From: Planctomycetota bacterium
GTDB taxonomy: Bacteria; Planctomycetota; UBA8108; SXIK01
NCBI GenBank assembly: GCA_965223265.1
Contig: OZ244999.1
Coordinates: 7,520,001 to 7,584,000 of the forward strand
DNA: 64,000 nt
Direction of reading: 5' to 3'
Part shown: positions 8,407 through 18,787 of the stretch, in pieces
Layout of the letters: the number at the start of each line of letters is the position of its first letter
Numbering within the stretch: position 1 is the first letter of the stretch
Translations under genes and position numbers: made by a program
Notes under the pieces: model-generated
The model's input: only the letters and a program-made list of their open reading frames with translations
The model's database searches: none
Told to the model about the DNA's origin: nothing

Positions 8407-11400
8407 ATGACCATGTTCAACCCTCGGACGCGGACCACTATGATGCTCGCTGACCATGAAGATCGTGAACGCGCTGTCACCGATTTGCACTCCAATCTTG
8501 TCGTCACAGCCGGCGCCGGGACTGGCAAGACGAGCCTCCTGGTTGAACGCATCCTGTTCGCGCTTCTCGAGGCAGGGGTACCTCTCGATCGGATCGCCGT
8601 CATCACTTTCACAGAGAAGGCCGCGAGTGAACTCCGTGAGCGCCTGGAAGAATCTCTAGAGCGCTGTCTTGAGATCGCGTCAGAGGCGACGACGAAACAC
8701 TCCGACTTCGACGCATCGCACGAAGCAGGTCGTGTCTGCGCTCGTCTCTCCCAAACTGCGCAGCATCATCTTCGCGAACGGACACAGGCAGCGCTGCGCA
8801 ACCTTGACGCCGCCGCAGTGAGTACGATTCATAGCTTCGCGGCGGAGCTCCTCCGTCGCCATCATGAGGCCGCGGGGGTCGATTCACATTTTGTGATCGA
8901 CGCCGACGATGCTGGATTTAAGGCAGTTTTCAACACCGCCTGGGAAGAGTTCGTCGATGCCTCACTAAGCACGGACACAGCTGCGCCGCCGTGGCAACGA
9001 TTGCTCGGAAAACTGTACGTCGAGGACCTCGAATCGATCGCGCTTCGCCTCTGTCGATTCGACCTGCCGCCGGGAGTGCTGCAGCGATCCTCGGCGGACG
9101 TCGAGTTGAGATTCGCAGTCGCGGTCGCCAAGAGCGCGCTTTCAGAGCTGCAGTCGATCGAATCTGAGATCGAGGTGGCGGCGGATGGATTGAACACCAA
9201 TTTTCGAGTTAACCTCGACACGCTCAAGCGCCTCCTCGAAGAGACGGTTCAGAATCACAAGCTACCTGAGCAGCTCGAACTGCAGCAACTGACGGCAAAG
9301 CCGACGCCCGGAATTCACAGTGGGGTCGCCGATCCCGATGATTTGCGAGACCGTCTCGGCGCCGTGCGCCGACTGACTCTGGAGCTCGCCGCGGCCGACC
9401 TGGACGCAATGCCGCAATTGAACGAGCTTCTTTCGCCGTTCGTCGAAGAAGTGCGGCGGCGATATCTGAACGAAGGATGGCTGTCGCACGATGCGACGAT
9501 CCGTCTCACGCGCGACGTGTTGGCACACCATCCGTCCGTGCAGCGCCAAGAAGCCGGACGCTATCGACAGCTCCTGATCGACGAGTTCCAAGACACTGAC
9601 CCTGTGCAGTACGAAATCGCGTTCCTTTTGGCAGCGGCGGAACCCACAGGGCTCGACGATGGAGACGCTTTCGGGCTTCCTTTGGCGCCGGGACGGCTCT
9701 TTATCGTGGGTGATGCGAAACAATCCATTTATCGTTTCCGCGGTGCAGACATTTCGGCATACCAAAAAGCTGTCGACGCGATCTGCAGCCAAGGCGGGGC
9801 GCTGTTGACGCTGGCGACAAACTTTCGCAGCACTCGCCAAGTCATCGAACCGCTGAATCGACTCTTCGAGCACTACTTCGACGATCTCGCGGCCGATGAC
9901 GACTCCGCTTCGCCGAGATACGCGCCCCTGCGCACGCAGCGTGAGCAGCAGGACACCGCCGCCGCGGTCGAGATCTGGACCGTCGGGGAAAACGATCAGA
10001 GCGCCGCCGAACGGCGTCGTGCGGAAGCCGACGCGATCGCGGTCGCCCTCAAGGAGACGCTCGCCTCCCAGACCGCACGAGCAGGAGACTGCGCCATCCT
10101 GCTGCGAGCGCTGACTGAAGTTGACATCTACCTTCGCGCTCTGCGGCAATGCGGCATTCCATACGTCGTCGAGGGCGGCAAAGGTTTCTTCGAGCGCTAC
10201 GAGGTCGAACTCTTCGTGGCTTGCCTCCTCGCTATGGAAGAGACTTCCGATCCGATTCCGTTGCTCGCGTATCTGCGCTCACCGCTCGGCGCAGTCCCGG
10301 ATCGAGAACTGCAGGAGTACGCCCTCGGCGCGACTGAGCGCCGTGAGCGCTGGACGCTGCGCGCCGAGCCTGATCCAGAGAACTTTCCATCTCTTGCGCG
10401 TGCGCTGGCTTCGCTGCGCGAGTTCAAAACTCGGCATCTCGGCGAACCCCTCGACCGCATCGCGCTCGCACTCCTCGAAGAAACGCCACTTCGGATTGCC
10501 ATGGCGAGCTCGTACGAGGGCGCTCAGCGCGTCGCGAACCTCGAGAAGGCCGTTCTGCACACGTGCGAGTTAGTCCAGCGGGGCAACCTGACCAACCGGG
10601 AAATCCTGCAGCACATCCAGGAACACGACGCCGCCGAGAACCAAGAAGCGGACAGCCCACTCGCCGACGAGTCGGTGGACGCAGTTCGCGTTCTGTCGAT
10701 TCACAAGTCAAAAGGCTTGGAGTGGCCCATCGTCATCATCCCCGATCTGTCACGAGACGACGGCGGGCCACGTTTCGTGACATCTCAGATCGGCGTGGTG
10801 TCGTTAAGTCGAGCCTCTACCAGCGATGCCGCGGCCTCGACGATCTACCTGCGACAGGGGGACGTCGTCACGCCATCGTACTTCTTGCATCGCGAGGAGG
10901 AACGACGTCAGGCGATCGCTGAAAACGCGCGACTTTTCTACGTCGGCACCACCCGTGCTCGCGACCGCCTGATCCTCCTGGTGGGCAGTGGCGACGCCAT
11001 GCAGAGGGTGCCGCCTCCGTGGCTGAAAGCGTTGCGGACGTGGGGATACCCTGACAGTCTCGACAACGCTATCTCCTGCGATTTGGCTCCCGGAGTGCGG
11101 CACGTGAACTGGGGGAAACCGAAGCTCCCGAACGACCGACCGGAGACGGCAACAGGAAAGTCGTTGTTGCTGCGGGCTGCGCGCGCGTTCGGGGAAGCAC
11201 GCCAGTCCATGGGGCTGGAGACGCGGACGGAATTCCATTCACCAAGCGGGTCTGCTGTGGAAGGCGCTCCAGATTCCAGCCGTCGAGGCGGTCGGAGGGA
11301 AGTGACCGGTGGTGACGCGGCTACAACCCAGCGCGCCGCGGATGAAAGCGAAGCGGACGACGGCAAGCTGATCGGAACGACGCTTCATCTTCTACTGGAA

Positions 11401-11841
11401 GCGTGGGACGGCATCGATCACCAATGGCTGGAGCGAAACGTGGAGCGCGCCGTCGCCGTGGTCATGCGGAATTCCGCTAGGGATTCCGCTGCAATCGCCG
11501 CCGCTGTTCGCGCTCGGCTAGGGGCCGCCGCAGCCAACGGTGTGCTCGGCGAGCTTCAGAAGATCAACGTTCTCGGCAGAGAGGTGCCACTCCTCTTTCG
11601 CGACAGTGCCGGTCGGTTGTGGGACGGGCATTTGGATCTCATCGGCGGCACGCCGGACAGCCCCTGTGTGGTCGACTACAAGTCAAACGCCGGACGGAGC
11701 CTCGAAGAGCTTCGTGCGCTATACCATGAGCAGCTTTCAGTCTATACAGAAGGGCTGCGCGCAGCGCTTTCGTGCGACATCACACCACCGGCGAAGATCG
11801 TACCGCTCACCGAAGGCGAGGGCGAGCTGACGCCGCCGTGA
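8407..11841 (+). CDS. addA: AddA/RecB-like UvrD helicase with C-terminal PD-(D/E)xK nuclease
   Basis: AGAGTGKT (motif I), ITFTEKAA.EL, STIHSF, IDEFQD, VGDAKQSIYRFRGAD, NFRS, SIHKSKGLEW, FYVGTTRARD, and C-terminal GHLDL...VVDYKS. Confidence 0.85.
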   Translation: MTMFNPRTRTTMMLADHEDRERAVTDLHSNLVVTAGAGTGKTSLLVERILFALLEAGVPLDRIAVITFTEKAASELRERLEESLERCLEIASEATTKHSDFDASHEAGRVCARLSQTAQHHLRERTQAALRNLDAAAVSTIHSFAAELLRRHHEAAGVDSHFVIDADDAGFKAVFNTAWEEFVDASLSTDTAAPPWQRLLGKLYVEDLESIALRLCRFDLPPGVLQRSSADVELRFAVAVAKSALSELQSIESEIEVAADGLNTNFRVNLDTLKRLLEETVQNHKLPEQLELQQLTAKPTPGIHSGVADPDDLRDRLGAVRRLTLELAAADLDAMPQLNELLSPFVEEVRRRYLNEGWLSHDATIRLTRDVLAHHPSVQRQEAGRYRQLLIDEFQDTDPVQYEIAFLLAAAEPTGLDDGDAFGLPLAPGRLFIVGDAKQSIYRFRGADISAYQKAVDAICSQGGALLTLATNFRSTRQVIEPLNRLFEHYFDDLAADDDSASPRYAPLRTQREQQDTAAAVEIWTVGENDQSAAERRRAEADAIAVALKETLASQTARAGDCAILLRALTEVDIYLRALRQCGIPYVVEGGKGFFERYEVELFVACLLAMEETSDPIPLLAYLRSPLGAVPDRELQEYALGATERRERWTLRAEPDPENFPSLARALASLREFKTRHLGEPLDRIALALLEETPLRIAMASSYEGAQRVANLEKAVLHTCELVQRGNLTNREILQHIQEHDAAENQEADSPLADESVDAVRVLSIHKSKGLEWPIVIIPDLSRDDGGPRFVTSQIGVVSLSRASTSDAAASTIYLRQGDVVTPSYFLHREEERRQAIAENARLFYVGTTRARDRLILLVGSGDAMQRVPPPWLKALRTWGYPDSLDNAISCDLAPGVRHVNWGKPKLPNDRPETATGKSLLLRAARAFGEARQSMGLETRTEFHSPSGSAVEGAPDSSRRGGRREVTGGDAATTQRAADESEADDGKLIGTTLHLLLEAWDGIDHQWLERNVERAVAVVMRNSARDSAAIAAAVRARLGAAAANGVLGELQKINVLGREVPLLFRDSAGRLWDGHLDLIGGTPDSPCVVDYKSNAGRSLEELRALYHEQLSVYTEGLRAALSCDITPPAKIVPLTEGEGELTPP

Positions 11842-11930
11842 GCTGGTAGGCGCAGAACGGACCGGCGTCACCAAAGCCGACCGTCGTTCACGCATTCGGG
11901 TGCGGCGACCCGGCGACACGAGTCCACCAC

Positions 11931-12440
11931 CTATCCGTCGGACTTACCCTCGGATTTATCCTCGGTCGTGAAGTCGTCGAGCCAGCGCGAGGTCCAATAC
12001 TCCAGAACTTCCAACGCATCGCGGGCTTCAGCGGGAACTTCCCGGGACGACGACGAGGCGGAGGATGAACTCAATTTCAGCTTTTTGGATGGGGCCTTGG
12101 CGACGGAATTCGACGGCTTCTCAGGCTTCGCGTCTGGAGCGACTTTTGGTTCGGGCTCAAGATCACCTCCAGCCAGAAAGCTCTTCATCGCATCGGCGCT
12201 TGAGAAGCGGCGATCGAACTGCTCGACGCAAACCGCGACGTCGATCCGTGAACAAGCGAGGACTTCGTGGATACGCTCGGTGGGAAAGCCGTACGCCCTG
12301 AGAAGCAGGATCGCACGCAGCTTCGCTGCGACGTCGGGTGACGACACAAGCGGCGTCGCCGACGGCTCAGCCTGCTTCAGTTGGCGTCTCAGAAAACGCT
12401 TCAGAAGAAGGCGCAGCTCGGAGCTAACTTCGGTTCCCAT
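11931..12440 (-). CDS. Hypothetical protein
   Basis: 169-aa ORF with GAGG RBS, downstream of fbaB on the same strand. Has a Ser/Lys/Pro-rich linker and no recognised domain. Confidence 0.55.
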   Translation of the reverse strand: MGTEVSSELRLLLKRFLRRQLKQAEPSATPLVSSPDVAAKLRAILLLRAYGFPTERIHEVLACSRIDVAVCVEQFDRRFSSADAMKSFLAGGDLEPEPKVAPDAKPEKPSNSVAKAPSKKLKLSSSSASSSSREVPAEARDALEVLEYWTSRWLDDFTTEDKSEGKSDG

Positions 12441-12532
12441 AACACGGACCTCGCGGAGTCGATTACGCTCGAGATTAGCATCCTTCCACGCGTAGCGTCG
12501 AATCCGCGAGCGTCGAGGTGATGGGCCCCCTC

Positions 12533-13582
12533 TCACGCCACTGTGACAGCCTCGTCCCTGTACACATCCTGGACGGCGTGGAGCAGCGCCACTCCATCCT
12601 TAAGAGGCCTCTGGAACGCCTTACGCCCCAGGATCAGCCCCATACCACCGGCGCGCTTGTTGATGACCGCCGTACGCACAGCCTCCGCCAGATCGTCGGC
12701 ACCTGACGCGCCACCAGAATTGATCAAGCCGATGCGCCCCATGTAGCAGTTTGCCACCTGATAGCGCACCAGGTCGATTGGATGGTCACTCGAGAGTCGT
12801 TCGTAGACCCACTTGTGGGTCTTCCCGAAACCAAGCTCAGTAAATCCGCGATTACAGTCTGCAAGCTTCTGCTTGACGATGTCGGCGCCGATGGTGACGC
12901 CGAGATGGTTCGCTTGCCCTGTCAGATCGGCCGCACTGTGATAGTCGTCTCCGCCTTTTTTGAAGGCGGAGTTACGTAGGTAGCACCAGAGGATCGTGAC
13001 TAGGCCGAGTTCATGTGCCTGACTGAACGCCTCGCTAATCTCCTCAATCTGGCGGCGCGACTCTTCCGAACCGAAGTAGATCGTCGCACCGACGGCAACC
13101 GCACCAAGGTCAAACGCTTGCTGGACGTCGGCAAACGGAGTTTGGTCGTAGTTGGCCGGGTAGGAGAGCAGTTCGTTGTGGTTCAGCTTGACGATGAACG
13201 GGATCTTGTGAGCATACTTCCGTGCCACCGCGCCAAGCGCACCGAACGTCGAAGCTACAGCGTTACATCCGCCCTCGATTGCCAGCTCAACGATGTTGGC
13301 TGGATCGAAGTAGACCGGGTTCGGGGCGAACGATGCACCGGCAGCGTGCTCGATCCCCTGGTCCACAGGAAGAATGGAGAGGTAGCCGGTCCCTCCGAGG
13401 CGGCCATGATCGAAGAGTGTCTGCAGATTCCGTAGCACGGGGGCCGGACGGTCCGTCGCGCTAAAGACCCGGTCGACAAAATCCGGCCCAGGGAGATGAA
13501 GCGACTCTTTCGCGATCGCTGGCTGCGAAAAACCCACCAGTCGCTCGTAGTCGCTCGCGAGCAACTTCTCCAGCTGGCTCAT
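12533..13582 (-). CDS. fbaB: Class I fructose-bisphosphate aldolase
   Basis: [47 protein letters not shown] (Schiff-base Lys) and [18 protein letters not shown]. Confidence 0.95.
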   Translation of the reverse strand: MSQLEKLLASDYERLVGFSQPAIAKESLHLPGPDFVDRVFSATDRPAPVLRNLQTLFDHGRLGGTGYLSILPVDQGIEHAAGASFAPNPVYFDPANIVELAIEGGCNAVASTFGALGAVARKYAHKIPFIVKLNHNELLSYPANYDQTPFADVQQAFDLGAVAVGATIYFGSEESRRQIEEISEAFSQAHELGLVTILWCYLRNSAFKKGGDDYHSAADLTGQANHLGVTIGADIVKQKLADCNRGFTELGFGKTHKWVYERLSSDHPIDLVRYQVANCYMGRIGLINSGGASGADDLAEAVRTAVINKRAGGMGLILGRKAFQRPLKDGVALLHAVQDVYRDEAVTVA

Positions 13583-13677
13583 AGCAAGACTCCATGATAT
13601 CGTCGTAGGTTCGCCGACAAGCTCAGTGCACGAAGAAACAGAGAATACCGCGCTCTCCCGCGGAGAAAAGTCAAATC

Positions 13678-14829
13678 TTGCCCCCATCTCCACGGTCCGT
13701 ATCGACACCTCCGGAACTTCTCGAAGCACTGAAGGACGAACTTGGAGATCGCGACGTGTCTTTGCGGCGGGAGCGAAGCGCGCTCGAAGAACTGTTCACG
13801 CTCTTCACTCAAGCGAGGGCTCAATTGCCGCGGCGCGGATACTTGAGCGTGCCGAAACTACGCCGCGCCTACTTGCGCTACCACACACCGCTGAACTTCG
13901 CGCGCGCCTCCCATCTTTTGCGCCACGTGCGCACTCTTCACCCTTCGATCGACGCGGTCGATCACGTCGTCGACCTCGGCTGCGGACCTGGAAGTGCAGC
14001 GCTCGCCACGTTCTACTCACTCCCCCGAGACCGGGCTCGGAGCTACGTGCTTCACGACCGAAACCGCGGGATTCTACAGACCGCAAAACGACTCTTCGGA
14101 CGCTGCGCCGCGGCGACAGAAGCGGACGCCTCCGTTGCGGCGGTGTCAACACTCACATCCGGTTGGCCAAAACTACCTGTCGTCGCGCCGAGGTCGCTCG
14201 TCTGGTTGTCGATGGTATTGAACGAGCTACCTCGGTGGCGCGAGTCTCGAGCTGCAGAACCGACGGCCGAGCTTTTGACCCGTAGGATCTCCCCCGGTAG
14301 CGTGCTCATCGTCATAGAACCTGCGCTGCGGGGTGCGGGACGCGAACTGCTCCGACTGCACGACGCGTTGATCGCGGAACGGCAGTGGACCGTCATCGCG
14401 CCGTGCACGCACCAGCTCCAGTGCCCACTCCTCAGCGATCGTGGACGCTCATGGTGCCATTTTCACTTCCACTGGCACGCGCCGCCCTTCGTTACGGAGG
14501 TCGCCTCACCATTAGGACTGGCGACGCCCCGGGTGTCGTACTCGTACCTCGTCGCGATCCGCGGTGACGGCTCTTCGGCGAACAAGGTCGTGCCAGGGAA
14601 GGATCCGCTGGCGCGGGTGATCGGCGACCCCATGCCGCTGCGCGGCGGCCGCCGTGGCGTCTACGTCTGCCGGCAAGGACATCGTGAAATCATCGAGAAT
14701 CCCGACCACAATTTCGAACGCGGCGATATTTTGGTGACGTCGGATAAGGCTCGACCGCGCCGCCACACGCCCTGGCAGAACAGGAGTCAAAGCGGCCGCG
14801 CACGTTCGCGACGAACCGGTCGCAAGTAA
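13678..14829 (+). CDS. Rsm22/METTL17-like class I SAM-dependent methyltransferase
   Basis: [36 protein letters not shown] and WCHF. The start codon is uncertain. Confidence 0.75.
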   Translation: MPPSPRSVSTPPELLEALKDELGDRDVSLRRERSALEELFTLFTQARAQLPRRGYLSVPKLRRAYLRYHTPLNFARASHLLRHVRTLHPSIDAVDHVVDLGCGPGSAALATFYSLPRDRARSYVLHDRNRGILQTAKRLFGRCAAATEADASVAAVSTLTSGWPKLPVVAPRSLVWLSMVLNELPRWRESRAAEPTAELLTRRISPGSVLIVIEPALRGAGRELLRLHDALIAERQWTVIAPCTHQLQCPLLSDRGRSWCHFHFHWHAPPFVTEVASPLGLATPRVSYSYLVAIRGDGSSANKVVPGKDPLARVIGDPMPLRGGRRGVYVCRQGHREIIENPDHNFERGDILVTSDKARPRRHTPWQNRSQSGRARSRRTGRK

Positions 14830-14849
14830 AGGAAGTCAATTGGGACGAT

Positions 14850-15467
14850 ATGAAAGCGCGCAAATACGGCGTCCTGGCGCCACACGAAAAAGCTCTCGGG
14901 ATCCTTTCGATTCTCATGTTGATCGGGTGGGTCTTCGCGCTATTCGCAAGTGGTGGAGCCGAGACCGAAACCGAGGCGTTTCCGTGGTTCGACGTGCTCT
15001 CCATCGTCGGCTGCTTCGCTGTGGTCGCGATGCTTATGCTGAAGCTCAATTGTATCGAGTTCGTACCCGCCTCCGTGCGTGACTCGGTCATCGCCACTGC
15101 GACGCTTCTGCCTGCGCTCGGATTCTTGATTCAAGAGCTGACTGGGCTCGTCGCACTTTTCACGATCGGCGGTGCGATCGTGCTCGCTTACGTTTCGGTG
15201 ACATTCTGCTGGCGACAAGTGTTCGAGCAGCGATCGGCTGCGTCCTCCCCAGCCGCACCTGCGTCTCCCTCTCCACCTTCGTCTGACAGCACGGAGGCTG
15301 AAAACAAAGCCGAGGCGGCGACGCGGATGGAATCGCAGCCGGCGACGCAGACGCACCCCGCTGCGCCGGTCCCGGAGAAGCCGGACGCGCCCTCGCGACC
15401 GCCGGACTCCGGCGTGGAGAAGGCACCGCGGTCCAGTGGGACATCAGGCGAACCCCAGGCGGAGTAG
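14850..15467 (+). CDS. Hypothetical membrane protein (about 4 TM helices, Pro/Ser-rich C-terminal tail)
   Basis: Four hydrophobic stretches followed by a low-complexity tail. Starts 20 nt after the methyltransferase gene. Confidence 0.65.
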   Translation: MKARKYGVLAPHEKALGILSILMLIGWVFALFASGGAETETEAFPWFDVLSIVGCFAVVAMLMLKLNCIEFVPASVRDSVIATATLLPALGFLIQELTGLVALFTIGGAIVLAYVSVTFCWRQVFEQRSAASSPAAPASPSPPSSDSTEAENKAEAATRMESQPATQTHPAAPVPEKPDAPSRPPDSGVEKAPRSSGTSGEPQAE

Positions 15468-15571
15468 GAACCGATCGGCGGTGAGCGTGCCGCACCCTGC
15501 GAGCCTGCGATCGGGCGTTGCGGGGCGAAACGACCGAACTCGAGCTCACGGCTCGAACCGGACGGCGCGAA

Positions 15572-16366
15572 CTATATCTCGCCAGGCACCGGGGAGTCCT
15601 TCAGATTCAGCTGTTTCTCAAGCTTTTGCTCGAGAAACAGGGCCTGATCAGGTGTCTCGAGACCCCCGATGAGGTGGACGTCGTTACCGTCTTTGAGTCT
15701 GACGACCACGCTATAGAACCGTTGACCCTCCAGGTCGACGCGCGCTCTCGCAGCGTCGTGGGACCGCCGCGGACGCGTGCGGTAATACCGCGTGTATTTT
15801 GTCTCGCGGCTGTAGATCTGATCGATCGCGTCGCGCGCGATGACGCGTCCGCGGCGAAACGGTAGGGGCCCGTGCCGCACCGTGATATCGAAATCTTGCG
15901 CCCGAATGGTCGTCCGATTGGCCACAGCGACGAGAACTCGGTAGACAAGAAAAGCCCCGATCAATAGGAGGAGAATCGGGACCAGTCGCAACATGATCGG
16001 ACCTTCTTCGTCCCAAGTCGAACGTAAGGCCATCAGCGCGAAGCCGATCCAAATCGCAGCAAAGACACCGACGACGAACACTCTGCCGCGGAACCAGCGA
16101 AACTGAATGCGCACGTCCCAGCCGGAATCTTCGAACGACCAGCGCGCCGGCAACGGAACGTTGTCGAGGCGGCGGCGCGGCGGTCTGTCGAGGACGCGAC
16201 TCTCGGCGACTTCCTCGATCGCTGGTTCGTCCTCAGGGGCACGAACGCCAGGATGCTCGACGAGATCGAAAACCGCATGACAGTTGCGACACTTCGCCAG
16301 CTGCGTGGAGAGATTGATATCATCCGCCTCGATGAGGGCGCTGCAGACACGGCAGTGGATTTGCAT
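15572..16366 (-). CDS. Hypothetical membrane protein with N-terminal CxxC...CxxC zinc ribbon
   Basis: HCRVC...AKCRNC, two TM segments, then VRHGPLP, QIYSRE and QALFLEQKLE. Confidence 0.7.
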   Translation of the reverse strand: MQIHCRVCSALIEADDINLSTQLAKCRNCHAVFDLVEHPGVRAPEDEPAIEEVAESRVLDRPPRRRLDNVPLPARWSFEDSGWDVRIQFRWFRGRVFVVGVFAAIWIGFALMALRSTWDEEGPIMLRLVPILLLLIGAFLVYRVLVAVANRTTIRAQDFDITVRHGPLPFRRGRVIARDAIDQIYSRETKYTRYYRTRPRRSHDAARARVDLEGQRFYSVVVRLKDGNDVHLIGGLETPDQALFLEQKLEKQLNLKDSPVPGEI

Positions 16367-16434
16367 GACAAGCTCGATTTCGACTCACGGTAAAATGGAG
16401 CCTTATCGTATCGCAGCGGCTCCGGAAATCGAAG

Positions 16435-17538
16435 TCATCGCGAGCCGGGAAGCGCCAAACCGCGATCGCGGCGATCGCCACCAATCGGACGGCGAATCGT
16501 AATCTTACGACCGTCGACGACGCCCTCGTAATAACCCGCGCCGCGCGACACACCACCTCCCGAGACTGACGAGACGCGCGGTGATAGCCGCCGCGCGAAT
16601 TTGCGCAGTTTCGCGTCGCCGCACCAGACGAGTCCCTGCTCCTCTTTGAGCTGTCGGCGCTGGCGATCGAGTTTCTCCGCCAGGCCGTCGAGGACTCCAG
16701 CGAGGTACTGCAGTTTCGTCCCTCGCTCGGCACGCGGTCGGCGTCTCTGCTCTTTCCATAGAGCGTCGCAAAGGTCGACGACATAGTGGTAGACGTAGTC
16801 CGCAACTTCGATGTTCTCAGGCCGGCCACTGACCTGAAGAACACGGCCGAGGCGGTCGCACGATGGATCGTACGAATAGGTCCAGATCACGAGCACGAAA
16901 AAGTGTTCCTGAAGAATGTGCCCAAGGGTGTACTGGTACTCCTGTATGCGCGCGGCACTGCTACCCAAGTACCGGACCGCATATTGAGGAAGGTCCGAAA
17001 GGTCACTCAGGCTCAGGTTGTACTTGAGCAGGAACCTGTGGGCCATGCGCATGGCACTGGCAGCTTCATGCTCGTTCGGACTGTCAGCGAGCGCCATCAG
17101 CTCCCGAACACGCAGCATGATGCGGTCCCGCTCACTGTCGGAGTCGTGGGCGAGGTCGAGGCGATCTTGGCTGGCGCGGCAGGCCGCGTCGCAGCAAAGC
17201 ATCGTACACGCGCGAGCGAACTCTGGCCCGTGAGGGCGCGCGTCCGGCAGCTGCATCACCTCGTGCACGTACTGATGCGCCATCTCGTGGCGCAGTGTAT
17301 CGAGCACTGCTTCCCAGCGATGAGTGAGGATATGGTGGATGCCGATCGTCAGCGCGCGACGCCCCTGATCCCACTCGCCCAGACGCTCTTCGGAATGTCC
17401 GAGTTTGATAATAGGTGGACGCAGGCGGCCGCCAACATATTGCTCGTTGAACAGGTCGTAGAACCAACGCAGGTGGCGCACCCACGCGAGCTGCAGTGAT
17501 TGAGGCACCTCGGCGGCGCGGGAATCGGCAGATTTCAT
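16435..17538 (-). CDS. SprT-like zinc metalloprotease domain fused to a DUF2786-type domain
   Basis: TLRHEMAHQY (HExxH) and HGPEF, followed by RELMALADSPNEHEAASAM..A..FLLKYNL. Confidence 0.8.
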   Translation of the reverse strand: MKSADSRAAEVPQSLQLAWVRHLRWFYDLFNEQYVGGRLRPPIIKLGHSEERLGEWDQGRRALTIGIHHILTHRWEAVLDTLRHEMAHQYVHEVMQLPDARPHGPEFARACTMLCCDAACRASQDRLDLAHDSDSERDRIMLRVRELMALADSPNEHEAASAMRMAHRFLLKYNLSLSDLSDLPQYAVRYLGSSAARIQEYQYTLGHILQEHFFVLVIWTYSYDPSCDRLGRVLQVSGRPENIEVADYVYHYVVDLCDALWKEQRRRPRAERGTKLQYLAGVLDGLAEKLDRQRRQLKEEQGLVWCGDAKLRKFARRLSPRVSSVSGGGVSRGAGYYEGVVDGRKITIRRPIGGDRRDRGLALPGSR

Positions 17539-17749
17539 GTCGCGTTGACTCTCCCCTTCCGTTGACCGTTCTCTTCGCTGGAATCGTTTGCTGGCTCGGG
17601 CTCACGCGGACGCAGGCCACGTGCCGGTAATAACAACACCCTCGACTCAAGTTCCAGGTAATTCCTGCAATGACCTGCAAGGGGGAAAGGTCGTGTCCGA
17701 GAACAACCGAAGTTGGCGGTGAGGGGAAGTAGTCAACCAGGAGCGGATC

Positions 17750-18694
17750 ATGGGAGACACAAAGCTCTATTCCGCCGCTTTCAACGCCGCCGAGTCTGTT
17801 GACGGTCGCGCAGCCCGCGGCGACCGAACGCGCAAAGAGCGTTTCGAGGCGCCACCACCTCGCCTCCGCAGCGGAGATGAACTCGACGAGTTTCGAATCG
17901 ACCAGCGACTCTCTTCGGGCGCGACAGCTGCTGTGTATCGCGCGGCATGGAAGCGCCATCCCGGCACCGTCGCTCTCAAGGTGCTATCGCCACACCTCGA
18001 ACTGGTACCCGCAGCGATCAAAAGATTTCGTGCCGAGAGTGACTTCGCTCGGCGAGCCAAGAGTCCAGGGGTCGTGGAGATCTACGCACACGGCAATACC
18101 CGCCGGCACTACTACTATGCAATGGACCTTCAATCTGGCCGCACCGTAGCTGACTTGATCGCCGCTGACCAAACGATCGAGAGCTCAGAACTGGCCCGAC
18201 GCGTCAAACTTTTCGCCGACGTGGCCAAAACTCTGCACAGCCTCCACAGCTGCGGCATTGTGCACCGAGACATCAAACCGTCCAACCTGCTGCTATCCCA
18301 CTCGGGCAGGGCAATAGTTTGTGATTTCGGCTCGGCGCTCGATATGAACGCTCGCGATCCAGAGCTAGAACGTTGCCTATGGGGAACAGTGCGCTACATG
18401 AGCCCCGAACAGTTTCGCGAAGGGGCAAATCTGTACGACGTTCGTATCGATGTGTACAGCCTGGGACTCGTCCTCTACGAAGCGTGCACAGGTACCTGCC
18501 CAGTACCGATCGGACGAGATGAGGAGATCGTCGAATGGAAACACACGCGCCGTCTCCCCGCCCCGCGCGACTTGAACTTCCACATCTCTTTGCGGTTGGC
18601 GAAAATCATCCGCCGTGCTACTGCAGCTGATCCGGAGCTACGCTACGCCAGCGCCGGAGATCTTGCGAGCGACCTGACCCGTTGCCGTCGATAG
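17750..18694 (+). CDS. Hanks-type serine/threonine protein kinase (catalytic domain only)
   Basis: VALKVL, RF..E, VHRDIKPSN, DFG, GTVRYMSPEQ and DVYSLG. The Gly-rich loop is degenerate (SSGATAAVY). Confidence 0.9.
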   Translation: MGDTKLYSAAFNAAESVDGRAARGDRTRKERFEAPPPRLRSGDELDEFRIDQRLSSGATAAVYRAAWKRHPGTVALKVLSPHLELVPAAIKRFRAESDFARRAKSPGVVEIYAHGNTRRHYYYAMDLQSGRTVADLIAADQTIESSELARRVKLFADVAKTLHSLHSCGIVHRDIKPSNLLLSHSGRAIVCDFGSALDMNARDPELERCLWGTVRYMSPEQFREGANLYDVRIDVYSLGLVLYEACTGTCPVPIGRDEEIVEWKHTRRLPAPRDLNFHISLRLAKIIRRATAADPELRYASAGDLASDLTRCRR

Positions 18695-18787
18695 TCGCAG
18701 AAGCTCCCAGCTCTTCGCTCCCGTTGGAAACTGGTCACCCGGGGCGACTCTTCTTTACTGGCTACGACCTCGAGTCGACGCAGCGTT

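Noticed and set aside
13583-13729. N-terminal extension of fbaB given by the ORF track
   Set aside because: It overlaps the divergent methyltransferase gene. The family-like sequence starts at the ATG at 13582.
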